Positions 51,825 to 64,000 of a stretch of DNA of 64,000 bases are shown piece after piece. The stretch covers positions 97,216,001 through 97,280,000 of the forward strand of contig OX597820.1 of assembly GCA_951406725.2 (NCBI GenBank), given 5' to 3'. The stretch's first letter is position 1, and each line of letters starts with the position of its first letter. Source of the DNA: Octopus vulgaris (taxonomy: Eukaryota). The notes beneath the pieces were generated by a model that worked only from the letters and a program-made list of their open reading frames with translations, searched no databases and was not told the origin of the DNA. The position numbers and the translations under genes are program-made.

Positions 51825-52041
51825 TTGGTATTTTATTCACCATTACACATGTTTCATTTGCTAATAGGAGAGTTACAAAATTGTACTTGTAAAAGAAACA
51901 TGTAAGATATCTTCTGTTAGAAATACTTCAGAGAATCATATAATAATACCTATTATTTGATTTTGAAGAATTTGTAATAGGAGAATTTTGTAACTCCTAT
52001 TAGCAAATGTAACATGTGTAATGGTGAATAAAAGATACCAA
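51825..52041. repeat. Foldback hairpin (~60-bp arms)
   Basis: TTTTATTCACCATTACACATGTTTCATTTGCTAATAGGAG mirrored by CTCCTATTAGCAAATGTAACATGTGTAATGGTGAATAAAA. Confidence 0.85.
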
Positions 52042-52327
52042 AAAAATATTTTTCCATTCTCCGATTTTTATATGTATACACATACATATATGTATGTAGG
52101 TATACAGAGAGAGATAGGGGGGGGGGGGAGAAAGAGGAAGGGGAGAAAAGAGGAAGGGGGAGAGGAATATACAAATGAAAAAAGAAGCATTCAACATGCT
52201 TCATAGAGTTTATATGCATTTGAATTCAACACTGGGATTTCGAATATCATTGCTTTAGGTTTTACGTTAGTAAGAAAAACACTCCTGCATTCAGATGCCG
52301 GTTGCTACCCTGTGTGTGTATATATGT

Positions 52328-52559
52328 ATTTCTTTACTACCCATAAGGGGCTAAACACAGAGAGGAAAAACAAGGACAGACAAACGGATTAAGCCGATTA
52401 CATCGACCCCAGTGTGTAACTGGTTCTTAATTTATCGACCCCGAAAGGATGAAAGGCAAAGTCGACCTCGGCGGAATTTGAACTCAGAACGTAACGGCAG
52501 ACGAAATACGGCTACGCATTTCGCCCGGCGTGCTAACGATTCTGCCAGCTCGCCGCCTT
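52328..52559 (-). mobile_element. Family B SINE (young)
   Basis: Match to the family-B consensus. Confidence 0.9.
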
Positions 52560-52637
52560 TATATGTGTGTATATATGTGTGTTGTGTGTGTGTGCGCGCA
52601 AGCATGCGGGTGTATAATGTTGTATATTTTATATATG

Positions 52638-53299
52638 CAGTCATTAGACTGCGGTCATCCTGGGCACCGCTTTGAAGAATTTTAGTTGAACGAATCGATC
52701 CCAGGAATTATTCTTTAAGCCTTGAACTTTTTCTAACCGATAAGTTATGGGGGGGGGGGGGCATAAACACAGCAACATCGTTTGTCAAATGGAGGTCGGG
52801 GGGCAAACACAGACGGAAACACGCTCGCGCGCAAACACACACAACGGGATTCTTTCAGTGTCTGTCTACGAAATCCACCCACAAGGCTTTAATCGGCTAG
52901 AGGCTATATTAAAAGGGTTAGGGTATCTTTTTTCTTCACAAATGTAAATAAACCCAATCTGTTTCTTAAACGAGGGACATATTCATTATGCACAGAATGT
53001 TATTTACGTCAATGGAGGTAACTGATTGGTTAAAATTGCCGAAATGCAAGAAATTTTAGACGAAATATGTTACAACCTATAGAATTTTCTCAATAAAGCC
53101 AAGAGAAAATGATGTTTTATAAACACATTCTACCAGTATACGAAGTTTAAAACTTTTTAGTTACCTAGAAGTTATGCTACAAACTACCATTCAAAAGGAA
53201 AAGATCCAAAGACGCTTGATGTAGGTGCCACGCAGTGATACTGAAACCGGAACCATTCGGTTGGGAAGCAAACTTCTTACCACACAGCCATGCTTGCGT
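52638..53299 (-). mobile_element. Family A SINE interrupted by a Merlin-like MITE fragment (~52912-53207)
   Basis: SINE halves either side of a segment starting GGGTTAGGG and ending TTCAAAAGGAAAAGATCC. Confidence 0.75.
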
Positions 53300-53879
53300 C
53301 TGTATGAATATTATATAATGTACGGTACTACTTAAGAAGAGTGGTCCCGGTGCGCACACTCGCGTACTCGCGCATCCGGGCTAGCTAGTCGTGACTAGTC
53401 GATCCTACGACTACCTAGCAAAGTAAATAAAACACAAATTAAATAATTTTTTTACACAAAGTAAATAATTTTTTAAAAACTAAGTAAATAAAACACAAAA
53501 ACACAAAGTAAATAATTTTTTTTAAACAAAGTAAATAAAACACAAAAACACAATGTACATACATAAAGATGCTTTTGTGCTAGATATGTTGCTTTTAAAG
53601 ATCGTTTTAGCCGATTCCGTATATACATGCAAGTCAAGCTCTCTTGAATTTGCTGCAATGTAATAATAACGTGTTGGAGTGTAACACTTGTTAATGGAGC
53701 CCTTAATTACCGTGGATTAATTCCCTACATTGATATGCATGTATGTGCGTGTAATATTATACACACGTGCGCACTGACATTATATACATATACACATACA
53801 TCCACAAACACGTACTCATACACACAAGTATTTTATGCTTAAATGTGTGTAAATAAATTTTAAAATATATATTTTTATA

Positions 53880-54010
53880 CTAGCATTAAAGACCCGTCGT
53901 TGCCGGGTCATAGCGCTAGTGCATGTGTATATATGTGTATATATATGTTTACATATTATATGTACATCTATATATATACATCTACACATAAAATACAAAA
54001 TACAAAGTTA
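53880..54010 (-). mobile_element. Duplicated Helitron H3 3' terminus
   Basis: CTAG plus hairpin GACCCGTCGTTGCCGGGTC; direct repeat of 54231-54357. Confidence 0.75.
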
Positions 54011-54163
54011 ATTCATCGATTTAAGAGATTTGGCTGTTCTTTGTAGCGCATGCCAAGACGACCCTCCTCGTTTTTTTATGAATGTCGATAACAAATCTGT
54101 CTTCGAACTGTCTCTCTCACACACACCAGCCTTCACAAACATATATTTTCCAAGACACATTCC

Positions 54164-54230
<67 letters not shown>

Positions 54231-54231
<1 letters not shown>

Positions 54232-55259
54232 TAGCTTTAAAGACCCGTCGTTGCCGGGTCATAGTGCTAGTGCATGTATATGTGTTTATATATGTGTACA
54301 TATTACATGTACATCTATATATATACATCTACACATAAAATACAAAATACAAAGTTATATCTTGATCTCGCTAGTGATAATACTCAATATAACAGACTGG
54401 AATTGATAGCCCGTCTCTTGTAATTTCGATAAATTGTATCTTGTCCTCCCTCTTGTATAGAAGTGTGGCTACAATCCAGCCTACCTCTACTTCTAGGGGG
54501 TGGGGTGCATTTTAATTTTTTTTCGGAACATCCTACGTCCCAGATATAAAGGTAAAAATAAAATATTTCCACTTTGCAAGTTCGAGTCGAGTACTCCCTT
54601 GCACGCTCCGTTGACTCGAACCTTGCCTCTATTGTGGCGAATTTACCGCCTCTGATTAGATATCTTTCATAGTCACACCAAGGCACTTTTCGAAGGTGCT
54701 TTCCTCCATGCGTTCAAATCTTTTTTCTCTACATTGTATACTTTATAGACAATAGTCTTTTCTTTAATTTAATTTTTTATTATCCATCTGGACTATTCCA
54801 TTTCTGCACGCTAATTTTTTAAATTTATTTCCATTCAAGTGAAACCACTTATTCAAGTTCAAGTCATTGATGCAATTTTATACCAATTGCTATTTTTACT
54901 TTTTTTATGTTACGATTATATTATACTTTAGTTTGATTTTAATTATTACTTACTACATATAATTCAATTGTTATTATTATTTTTATTGTTAAAGTGAAAG
55001 CATCTGACATAAAATAGAGAAATGTTTTTGTTTCACTTTTAACACGTAATACTGAAATAGTGGAGAAGATATGCTATTTCTATGGGCTCGCTCTAGGCAA
55101 GAAGTTGAACATTTTTTTTGCCCATGAATCTACATGGACCCTAAGTAAGGCATGGGCAAAATTTGAATGAAATTGGTTGAGTAGTTCTCAAGTTTTAGGG
55201 AAACACACAGACAGACAGACACACACACACACATTCTCAGTTTTATATATATATAAAGA
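54231..55259 (-). mobile_element. Non-autonomous Helitron H3 (~1 kb) with an internal LINE-ORF1-like fragment
   Basis: Minus A|TCTTTATATATATATAAAAC start; hairpin GACCCGGCAACGACGGGTC plus CTAG|T end. Confidence 0.75.
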
Positions 55260-55324
55260 TGTATATATATATATGCATATATATATATGTATATATATAT
55301 ATATACATATAATATATATATATA

Positions 55325-55381
<57 letters not shown>

Positions 55382-55441
55382 TTAGAGACAAAACCACTAT
55401 TATGCAAATCTAGGCATAAATTTGGATTTATTCCCTAATAT

Positions 55442-55514
<73 letters not shown>

Positions 55515-55751
55515 CATAATATATGTATGTGTGTGTGTGTGTGTGTATGTATGTATATACACTTCAGTAATGTGACTACATGTGTGCCGTTGTCAATTTC
55601 TTCATCTTTGGACTTTTCCCTTTCTCTTTACCGACGAAAAGCTCGGCTCGAAACGTCAAACTCTCTCCTTTCACCGAGCGTCAAACTAATAGATTTCTTG
55701 TTCACGTCTTCACGATCGTTTTGGTTTTTTTTTTCATATACTTCAATTGAC

Positions 55752-55896
<145 letters not shown>

Positions 55897-56064
55897 AAAT
55901 AAGAGATAAAACCACTATTAGGCAAATCAAACAGTGAAAAACATAAACCAAAACATAAAAATAAAAATAATTTATATATATATATTTATATATATATATT
56001 TATATATAAAGTATGGGGGTTTAATTCACATGTGATCTAAACGATTAGGCACGCTAAATAAGTG

Positions 56065-56276
56065 AGATCTTTTCCTTTTGATAGCCAGATTTCAACACAA
56101 TTTCTAGTTAACTAAACACTTTAAAACTTCGTACACTGGTAGAATGTGTCAAAAGAAAACATTATTTTCGCTTGTTTTTTTTGTTAAATTTGTAATTCGT
56201 CTGTTTAACGTAGTTTAATTTTTCGAATTTTAACCAATCCTATGCTCTCTTTTGAGCTATCAAAAGGAAAAGATCC
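56065..56276. mobile_element. Merlin-like MITE, internally deleted relative of 2446-3052
   Basis: AGATCTTTTTCCTTTTG ... CAAAAGGAAAAGATCC; 8-bp TSD AATAAGTG / AGTAAGTG. Confidence 0.8.
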
Positions 56277-56368
56277 AGTAAGTGCAGTAATGGATTACTG
56301 GGGCTCTAAAGTTATAGCTGAGACAGTAGTTATGGAGCCATTGCAGATTTCCGATGCAGTTGATATAT

Positions 56369-56475
56369 AATTGTTAAAGAGGACGTCAAACATTAAGGCA
56401 AGGGAAACGTCTCAAGTCATACAATTTCTTCCTTGAGATGTTTGCTTTGCCTTTATGTGTGACATCCTGTTTAAC

Positions 56476-56479
<4 letters not shown>
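56369..56479. repeat. Foldback hairpin flanked by TA repeats
   Basis: AATTGTTAAAGAGGACGTCAAACATTAAGGCAAGGGAAACGTCTCAAG mirrored by CTTGAGATGTTTGCTTTGCCTTTATGTGTGACATCCTGTTTAACAATT. Confidence 0.8.
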
Positions 56480-56565
<86 letters not shown>

Positions 56566-56817
56566 GTGTGTGTGTGTGTATAAGCACAATTGAAGGTTAC
56601 AAACCTCATTCAGGGATAGCAAAATCTTATGAAAGTACTGGTTAATTACCTATACAATGAATATTGAACATTACAGTTAATACTCAGCTGCAAGGTAACC
56701 ATATAAACCGTGGTTTATATATATATATATATATATATTTATTATAATAAGATGAGAAAATAGAGAGGCAATTAATAAATTATTTATTTATTAATTAAAC
56801 AAAAATTGACAAACATC

Positions 56818-56900
56818 TCTTACAGCTGTTTCAATTCCAGACCATCAGAAAATCAATTAATAAAATAAAGAATTATCTGAAAGTTGAATCTCTTCAGAGG
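56818..56900 (-). ncRNA. Minimal type-I hammerhead ribozyme motif
   Basis: Minus strand CCT-CTGAAGA-GATTC...GAATT-GAAA-CAGCTG-TA-AGA: conserved CUGANGA / GAAA / UH core with a palindromic stem III. Confidence 0.6.
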
Positions 56901-57165
56901 TAGTTTAAGATAAACAAAATAGGTGTTCAATTCCTGTATGTTGAGCAAACGGCTGCAAACCATTAACCGATAAAATTTATACATAAAGAACATAATGTAA
57001 ATATATATATATGACCGCTTGGCAAACCTAGGTGCAGTAAGCGTCTCATACAATATGTATGTTTTATAATATGTTCTTCATGTATAAATTTTTTATCAGT
57101 AAATGGTTTGCAGCCGTTTACTCAACATGCAGGAATTGAACACCTATTTTGTATATCTTAAACTA

Positions 57166-57230
57166 CCTCTGAAGAGATTCGACTTACTTCATTGATTTTC
57201 TGAATGTCTGTTATTGAAACAACTGTAAGG
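57166..57230 (+). ncRNA. Minimal type-I hammerhead ribozyme motif (partly decayed)
   Basis: CCT-CTGAAGA(57169-75)-GAT...ATT-GAAA(57216-19)-CAACTG-TA-AGG; stem I CCT/AGG. Confidence 0.5.
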
Positions 57231-57292
57231 GATATGTCAACTTTTTAATTAATAATTAAAAAGTTATCAATTGCTACTCTTATTTTCTCATC

Positions 57293-57357
<65 letters not shown>

Positions 57358-57584
57358 TGTATGTATGTATGTATGTATAATGTGTGTGTATTTACGTACG
57401 CATATATACACACACAAACACTTTGGACAATTATAAACAAATATATATGTATTTCTTGAAACACAGAACTACCGTATCAGTTTCAACTCTCATTTGATTC
57501 TCATCAAGGACAGAACAGTATTTGATCTACTCATGGAGAGGGAGAAATCTAGCTAGTATGTTCCTACATTTCTCTGATCAGACC

Positions 57585-57622
<38 letters not shown>

Positions 57623-57645
57623 AAATGAGAAAATGGAGAAACATA

Positions 57646-57762
<117 letters not shown>

Positions 57763-58389
57763 CGTATATATATATATGTATATATATATGTGTGTGTGTG
57801 TATATATATATATATAGATGTGTGTGTGTATATATGTATGTATACACATATATATGTATATATATATATGTATATATATATATATGTATATATATGTATA
57901 TATATGTATATATATATACATATATATACATATACATATATATATACATGTATGTATATGTATTGATATATTATTGATATATATGCATAAACACATAAAA
58001 AAGTGTGTCGGTGCCCCAGCATGGCCACAGCTCATAAGCTGAAACTAGAATCAATCAATCAATCAATCATGTATATATGTATGTACGGACGTATGTATAA
58101 TTTTTGCAAATATTTCTTGATAGAATATTTGAGTTTTCTATATGTAGATTACACATACATAAACGTATATATATATATTCATATACACAAAAATCTAAAT
58201 ATATATTTTTTCATACATATACGTAAACTAATATCGAAATATTGCCCCTGGAAATGGATGCGTGGCGTTCAAACATTATACACACACACATACACACATA
58301 TATATACATATATATATAAGGTATGTGTATGTATATATATGCATATCTATATATATACACACAAGCACATATATATATACACACACAGA

Positions 58390-58438
<49 letters not shown>

Positions 58439-58463
58439 CATACACACCCACATACTTCTAGAC

Positions 58464-58509
58464 TATCATGAACCTTAGAAGGGGTATATCATGAACCTTA
58501 GAAGGGGTA
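58464..58509. repeat. Perfect 23-bp tandem duplication
   Basis: TATCATGAACCTTAGAAGGGGTA x2. Confidence 0.9.
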
Positions 58510-58837
58510 TATAATTAAGGGATCACCTCATTAAAAGCACTGCGCACTTATATAGAAATTAGTTGACCCTGAGACAAACGTTTATTTGAAATATATAAAC
58601 AGAAAGATTGACACACATATTTAAAACATGCACACGCATACACACACACATGAGAATTTCAATCTTTGTGTGTATACACACACACACACACATGCTTGTG
58701 TGCAGGTATTGGTAGTTTGAATATATAACAATTATTTGATACATGTAGAGATATGCAGTCAGATATTTGTACATCACAACAGCCACTATTAACCCCTCCC
58801 ATACGTATCAACCAGACACACACGGACACAAACAGAA

Positions 58838-58888
<51 letters not shown>

Positions 58889-59017
58889 TGTTATGAGTGT
58901 ATATACATATAATATGTGTGTGTGTGTGTGTGTGTGTGTGTATTTATAAATATCTAAATACATTTATATATGTATAAAACAAAGAAATACATGTGGATAT
59001 ATATAAGCATATATTAT

Positions 59018-59058
<41 letters not shown>

Positions 59059-59065
59059 CATACAC

Positions 59066-59108
<43 letters not shown>

Positions 59109-60456
59109 GTATGTATATACACATGCACACATACTCACGTACATGCAAAGGTATGTAAAATCCAGCCACACAAAAGCACACAAGTTTCCGTGTTACTACT
59201 TACCAGTCGTACATGTTTCCGTTAAAGACACTCAAACATCCGAAAATCACCCCGTACAAAAGAGTTTGAGCAGATCGTGGGACAATTAAGCAAGTTACTA
59301 GAAGTTATGCTGGCCATAAGTGTGTCTCTTAGTCTTAAACAACAAACAATATCGTCCGTTAAGTCGTACGTAACAAACCGAATGAAAAGCACCAATGAAC
59401 ACTCCTTGGATGTAAAGAACAACAATAATAAATACAAAAGTAGCGCTGTTCTACTGTTTATCGAATGAGTGAAGCTACCGCTGCTGCTGCTAGAAAGCAG
59501 CCCAGTTGCAGTAGACAATCTTAATATTCCTACTGTAGATCTCGTTTTCAATGCGAGGCTCTCTCTTTTCCCCTCACTAAACCTGACCCCAATTTCAGAG
59601 AACACGGAGAGCAGAACCCTTCAGATCGTCACTCCCTTATACCTTGCCCCTCTCCCTCGCCTTTTTTCTTACCCATCACAATCTCTTTTAACTGTTGGAG
59701 CTGGCTGCCCCTCGACCCCTTCATCATACTCCACAGTAATTCTGTCCCCTACCTTCCAGCTTCAGTCTAAGACTCCCTACAGTGAAGTGCTTTCCTTTAT
59801 ATTGATTCTCTCTCTCTTTTAGTCTTAGCTACTGTTGTTCTTTTTGACTTTATATTTTACTAGTTTATTCTCTCTTCCTCTCTTTCTTCTCAACTGCGTC
59901 TGTGTAGTTTTATACATACGCACACATTCGTGTGTATATTTATGTATGTATATATGTGTGTGTATGTGTATCTGTGTATGAATATTAAGGCTTTTGTCAA
60001 GTTATATATATATATATACATAAAAAAAAGCAATTTAACATCAAACTGAAGGATTACTCAATACTTTTCATCGGATACAAGTTTATTAAACTTTTATAAA
60101 GGTGACAGTGACCTCGAAATCTCGATGTACCGGCCTAATTTATCTTTTGTGTGACTGCAAATATTTATGTTTACATACATATATATATAAAGTAGATAAT
60201 TTGAGAAATAGATAAGATTGACACGTGTGTTTCGCATCGCAGATCCAATTCATTTAGAGAAAAAAAAAAAAGAATCTTTTAGCAGGAAACAAGAAATTCC
60301 ATTAAATGTTGCTCAATAAGAAATTCCATTTAATGTCTGCATGGAAATGAAAATGAAATTCACTCTCGAAGATAAAATACCAAAGGAGAAACGCGCTCGC
60401 GCATTTTGTGCCTGTGTGCGCGCGCGTAGGTACGGATGGATGAGTGTATGCCTGAA

Positions 60457-60489
<33 letters not shown>

Positions 60490-60984
60490 GCGTACGTATG
60501 TGTGTATGTATGTATATATATGTATTTACGTACATATATATGTGTAAATACATGCATGCAATGTGCATGAAATATATATATATATACATACACACACACA
60601 TATATATACACATACATAGATATACATAACTGAATATACATGTTCGCGCACGCATCTCCAGAGGGAAGGGTACATAGTATTTTCAATTCAGTATATATAT
60701 ATATATATATATGTATGTATGCATGCATGTATATGCATACATACACACACACACAAACACATATATTAAGAGGGCACTACACACACAGACACACACACAC
60801 ACACACATATCTATAGATGTATTTCTCCAGCGAATTGGTTTCCCACTTGAGAGTGAAAAATTACCGACTGGGCTTTAGATTAGAATCAACAACTACAACA
60901 TCAAGAAGACGAAGAAGAAGAACAACAACAACAACAACGACAACAACAAAGAAACATGACTAAGTGAAGCAATGAGAATATTAA

Positions 60985-61027
<43 letters not shown>

Positions 61028-61044
61028 ACAGTATACATACTTAC

Positions 61045-61103
<59 letters not shown>

Positions 61104-61359
61104 AAACCCTAGAATTGGCGTAAAGAACTACAGATGTTATTAAAAGATTCCTTTAGTAAGAAGCTAAACAAACAAGGATAGAGTTTCTTGCCATCTTCCA
61201 TTAGTTTATTCCTAGTTGAATTTAATCATTATCGTAGTTATTCACATTTCTTTTTAAAAAGTATTAAAGATTAATATAAGAATATTATCTATGCATGTTT
61301 ACGTCCATATGTGCAGTAGCAGAACGATTTTGGTAGCTGAAGTAATGGTGGTGGTGGGT

Positions 61360-61412
<53 letters not shown>

Positions 61413-62751
61413 TAGTAGTTGTAGTAGTAGTAGATAACATCTAACTTTCTCAATACCTAGACCTCTTTGCCCGGCCAAAAAAATTCTTAGAAAACCATCA
61501 CATAACCCCCGCTACTACCCTCTCTTTAACCACAGCCGCCAAACCATCCTCACCACCACCACTTCAATCACAACCACCTCTACTTCAGCCACAACCACTA
61601 CCACCTCCATCCCTACTTTACCCACCAACGTTTAATCAACGATAATGCTTCTACTCGGTCGCTCGGCCTGCTAGAATTAGCAGCCAAATCTTCCACCAAT
61701 CACTTTTTTTCTTTTAGGAAGAATTCATTGCAAAATAACTTTCCTAAAGAGACTGTACTTAAATAAAAAGACTAGGTGGTCACGACTGGAACGCTTTTGA
61801 TAAGTCTACCGGATTAGTGTTGACCTTGGACTAAAACACAACTACTTCTAATATTTCGGAAGTTGTGTCTGTCTCTAGAAGCTAGAAATAACAGCCAAAT
61901 GTCTTTTCAATTACACTGTTGTTTAAGACATTGCTTAATGTCGCCCAAGATACATTACTACTTGATTGTTATTTTCAGATATATTATATCTTGGACTACA
62001 TGCCATTGATTGTAGTTCTACCCGTTCAGGTCTGACCTGGGGCTAAACGTCAAAACCGATATTCCTATTTCCTCATTTTCTTTTTGGTTAATTCTTCATT
62101 AGACTCTTTTAGGGTTGAAATATGTCAAGCATGTTGTTTAATCCCAGGTCAGATCTAAACAAGTACTGACCTATGATCAAATATACTCCAGCTGTGACCA
62201 TTCTGTCTGTTTCAACTGCATATATCTTATATATATATTTTAAAGAATCGCAGGATGTGACTTGAGGGAGATTTGACTAAGCTTCTATGTGTTTTGTTTG
62301 TGTAAAAGCACTTCGGTTAGTTGGTTTGCAGATGCATTAAGTGTGCTTGTGTGTATGGTTGAATATTGAATCTTATAGGACCTATCAAATATGCAATAAA
62401 AATAAAAAATTAAATGGTAAACGGTTAAATTTCGAAAACGGTTAAAACCAAAAATCACAGCAGAATAAGATAGAAATAATGAAGTGGGCGTGAGGGGGAG
62501 AGAGAAAGAGAAAGGAAGGGAAAGAAGGGGAGAGAGGAGCCGGAAGGAAAGAGAGGGAGAAGGTGAGGGAAGGATAGGGAGGAGGAAGAAGAGGGAAAGG
62601 GAAGGATAGAGAGCAAGGAAGAGAGATATTGAAAATAATTTCCCTAAGAGACTCGTTTTAAAGAAAAACATTTTTTGTGTGTGTTGCAAATAATGACAAA
62701 CCGTTATTTACAGAGTTTATAAACTTTTTTTTTTACTTCGTTGAAGCATCT

Positions 62752-63612
62752 CTTAGCAATAACTAAGTGTTTTGCACCTCCGTTAGCAACAGTAACTACA
62801 TGTTTCTGCGTGGATTCTGTTAGCAACAACTAAACGTTTCTAGAATGTGGTGTATCGATCTGTTTAGCAATAGTAACTAGATATTTCTACTATGTGGTCT
62901 CTCCATCTGTTTAGTAACAGCAACTAAATGTTTAACCATGCCGTTTGTTAGCAACAACAACTAAATGTTTCTACAATGTAGTTTCTCCATCTGTTAGCAA
63001 CAGTAAGTAAATATTTCTAAGTGGTCTCTCCATCTGTTAACAACAGTAACTAGATGGTCCTAGTATGAGGCCTCTCCGTCTGTTAGCAACAATAAGTAAA
63101 TATTTCTATGTGGTCCCTCCATCTGTTAGTAACAGTAACTAGATGGTCCTAGTACGGGGTCTCTCCGTCTGTTAGCAACGGCAACTAAATGCTTCTGCTT
63201 GACGATACCATTTGTTAGTAACAACGACTACATGTTTCTACTATCTAGTCTTTCCATCCGTTAGCAACAATAAATTAATAACTCCACGTGATCACTGTTA
63301 GCAACAGTAACTTAATAACCCTTACTCTGTGGCCTCTCCATCTGTTAGCAACAATAACTAAATGTTTGTTTGATCTCCCATCTATTAGCAACAGTAACTA
63401 GATGTTCCTAGTATGTGTTCCTCCCCCCCCGTTTGTTAGCAATAGCAACTAAATGCTTCTTTTTGGCTTCGTCACAACTACGTTTCTATTATGTGGTCTC
63501 TCCATCTTTTAGCAACAGTAACTTAATATGTCTGGTCACTGGTAGCAATTAGTAAGTTAATATCTCCATTCTGTTACCTTTCCATCTGTTAGCGACAGTA
63601 ACTAAATGTTTT
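62752..63612. repeat. Minisatellite array, ~21 units, core (TCT)GTTAGCAACAGTAACTA, 46/43-bp alternating period
   Basis: Core starts at 62947, 62993, 63036, 63082, 63125, 63171, 63214, 63260 (spacings 46,43,46,43,46,43,46), with more irregular units on both sides. Confidence 0.9.
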
Positions 63613-63639
63613 ACATTAACATCAACAACAATGGTAACT

Positions 63640-63716
63640 AGTACTACTAATGCTAATACTATTACTGCGGCTTCTGCTGCTGCTGCTACTACTACAGCAA
63701 CTACCACCACCACCAT

Positions 63717-63798
<82 letters not shown>

Positions 63799-63799
63799 G

Positions 63800-63876
<77 letters not shown>

Positions 63877-63890
63877 ACTGTTGTTGTTAA
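63640..63890. repeat. (ACT)n / (GCT)n trinucleotide microsatellite
   Basis: Long ACT run at 63718-63860. Confidence 0.95.
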
Positions 63891-64000
63891 GCAACAAGAC
63901 GGGTAAGGGTGATTAGGTGATGGTCTAGGGCTTAGGGGCGGGAGACCCCCAGACCTTGGGGAAAAAAATAAAACTTTGGTCGTCTTGTTGTAGTCGAGGG

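Larger units (their letters stand above)
56747..57296. mobile_element. Palindromic Penelope-like element remnant (inverted pseudo-LTRs) between (TA)n tracts
   Basis: ~240-bp inverted arms, each with a hammerhead-like core; (TA)n on both sides. Confidence 0.65.

Noticed and set aside
62752-63612. CRISPR array
   Set aside because: Linkers are homologous to each other and periodic, the repeats are degenerate, there are no cas genes, and the DNA is eukaryotic
63622-63916. Poly-Ser/Thr/Leu ORFs
   Set aside because: Trinucleotide microsatellite read in different frames

Overview
AT-rich, repeat-dense eukaryotic genomic DNA; the SINE families and microsatellite load point to an octopod cephalopod (inferred from recalled repeat families, not a database hit). 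There is one convincing protein-coding region: a 946-aa Ser-rich ORF with no recognisable domain on the minus strand (14739-17579). It lies in a single large exon behind a splice acceptor at 17642 and inside a CpG-depleted domain of about 9-38.6 kb. The rest is mostly mobile DNA: at least five SINE families, non-autonomous Helitrons, pogo/Tigger, hAT, piggyBac and Merlin-like MITEs, truncated CR1 and L1/Tx1-like LINE ends, degenerate LINE ORF1 fragments, several foldback hairpins and long microsatellites. Highlights: (i) a ~550-bp palindrome between (TA)n tracts whose arms each carry a minimal type-I hammerhead-ribozyme motif of the Penelope-like kind, with further degenerate copies nearby; (ii) a ~21-unit array with a conserved GTTAGCAACAGTAACT core and a 46/43-bp higher-order period; (iii) a LINE 3' end sharing its tail with a young SINE subfamily; (iv) a Helitron carrying a LINE-ORF1-like fragment; (v) MITEs with internal TTAGGG repeats. 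Nearly all short ORFs in the supplied track are artefacts of repeats. Repeat boundaries were read by eye and are approximate unless termini or target-site duplications (TSDs) are quoted.
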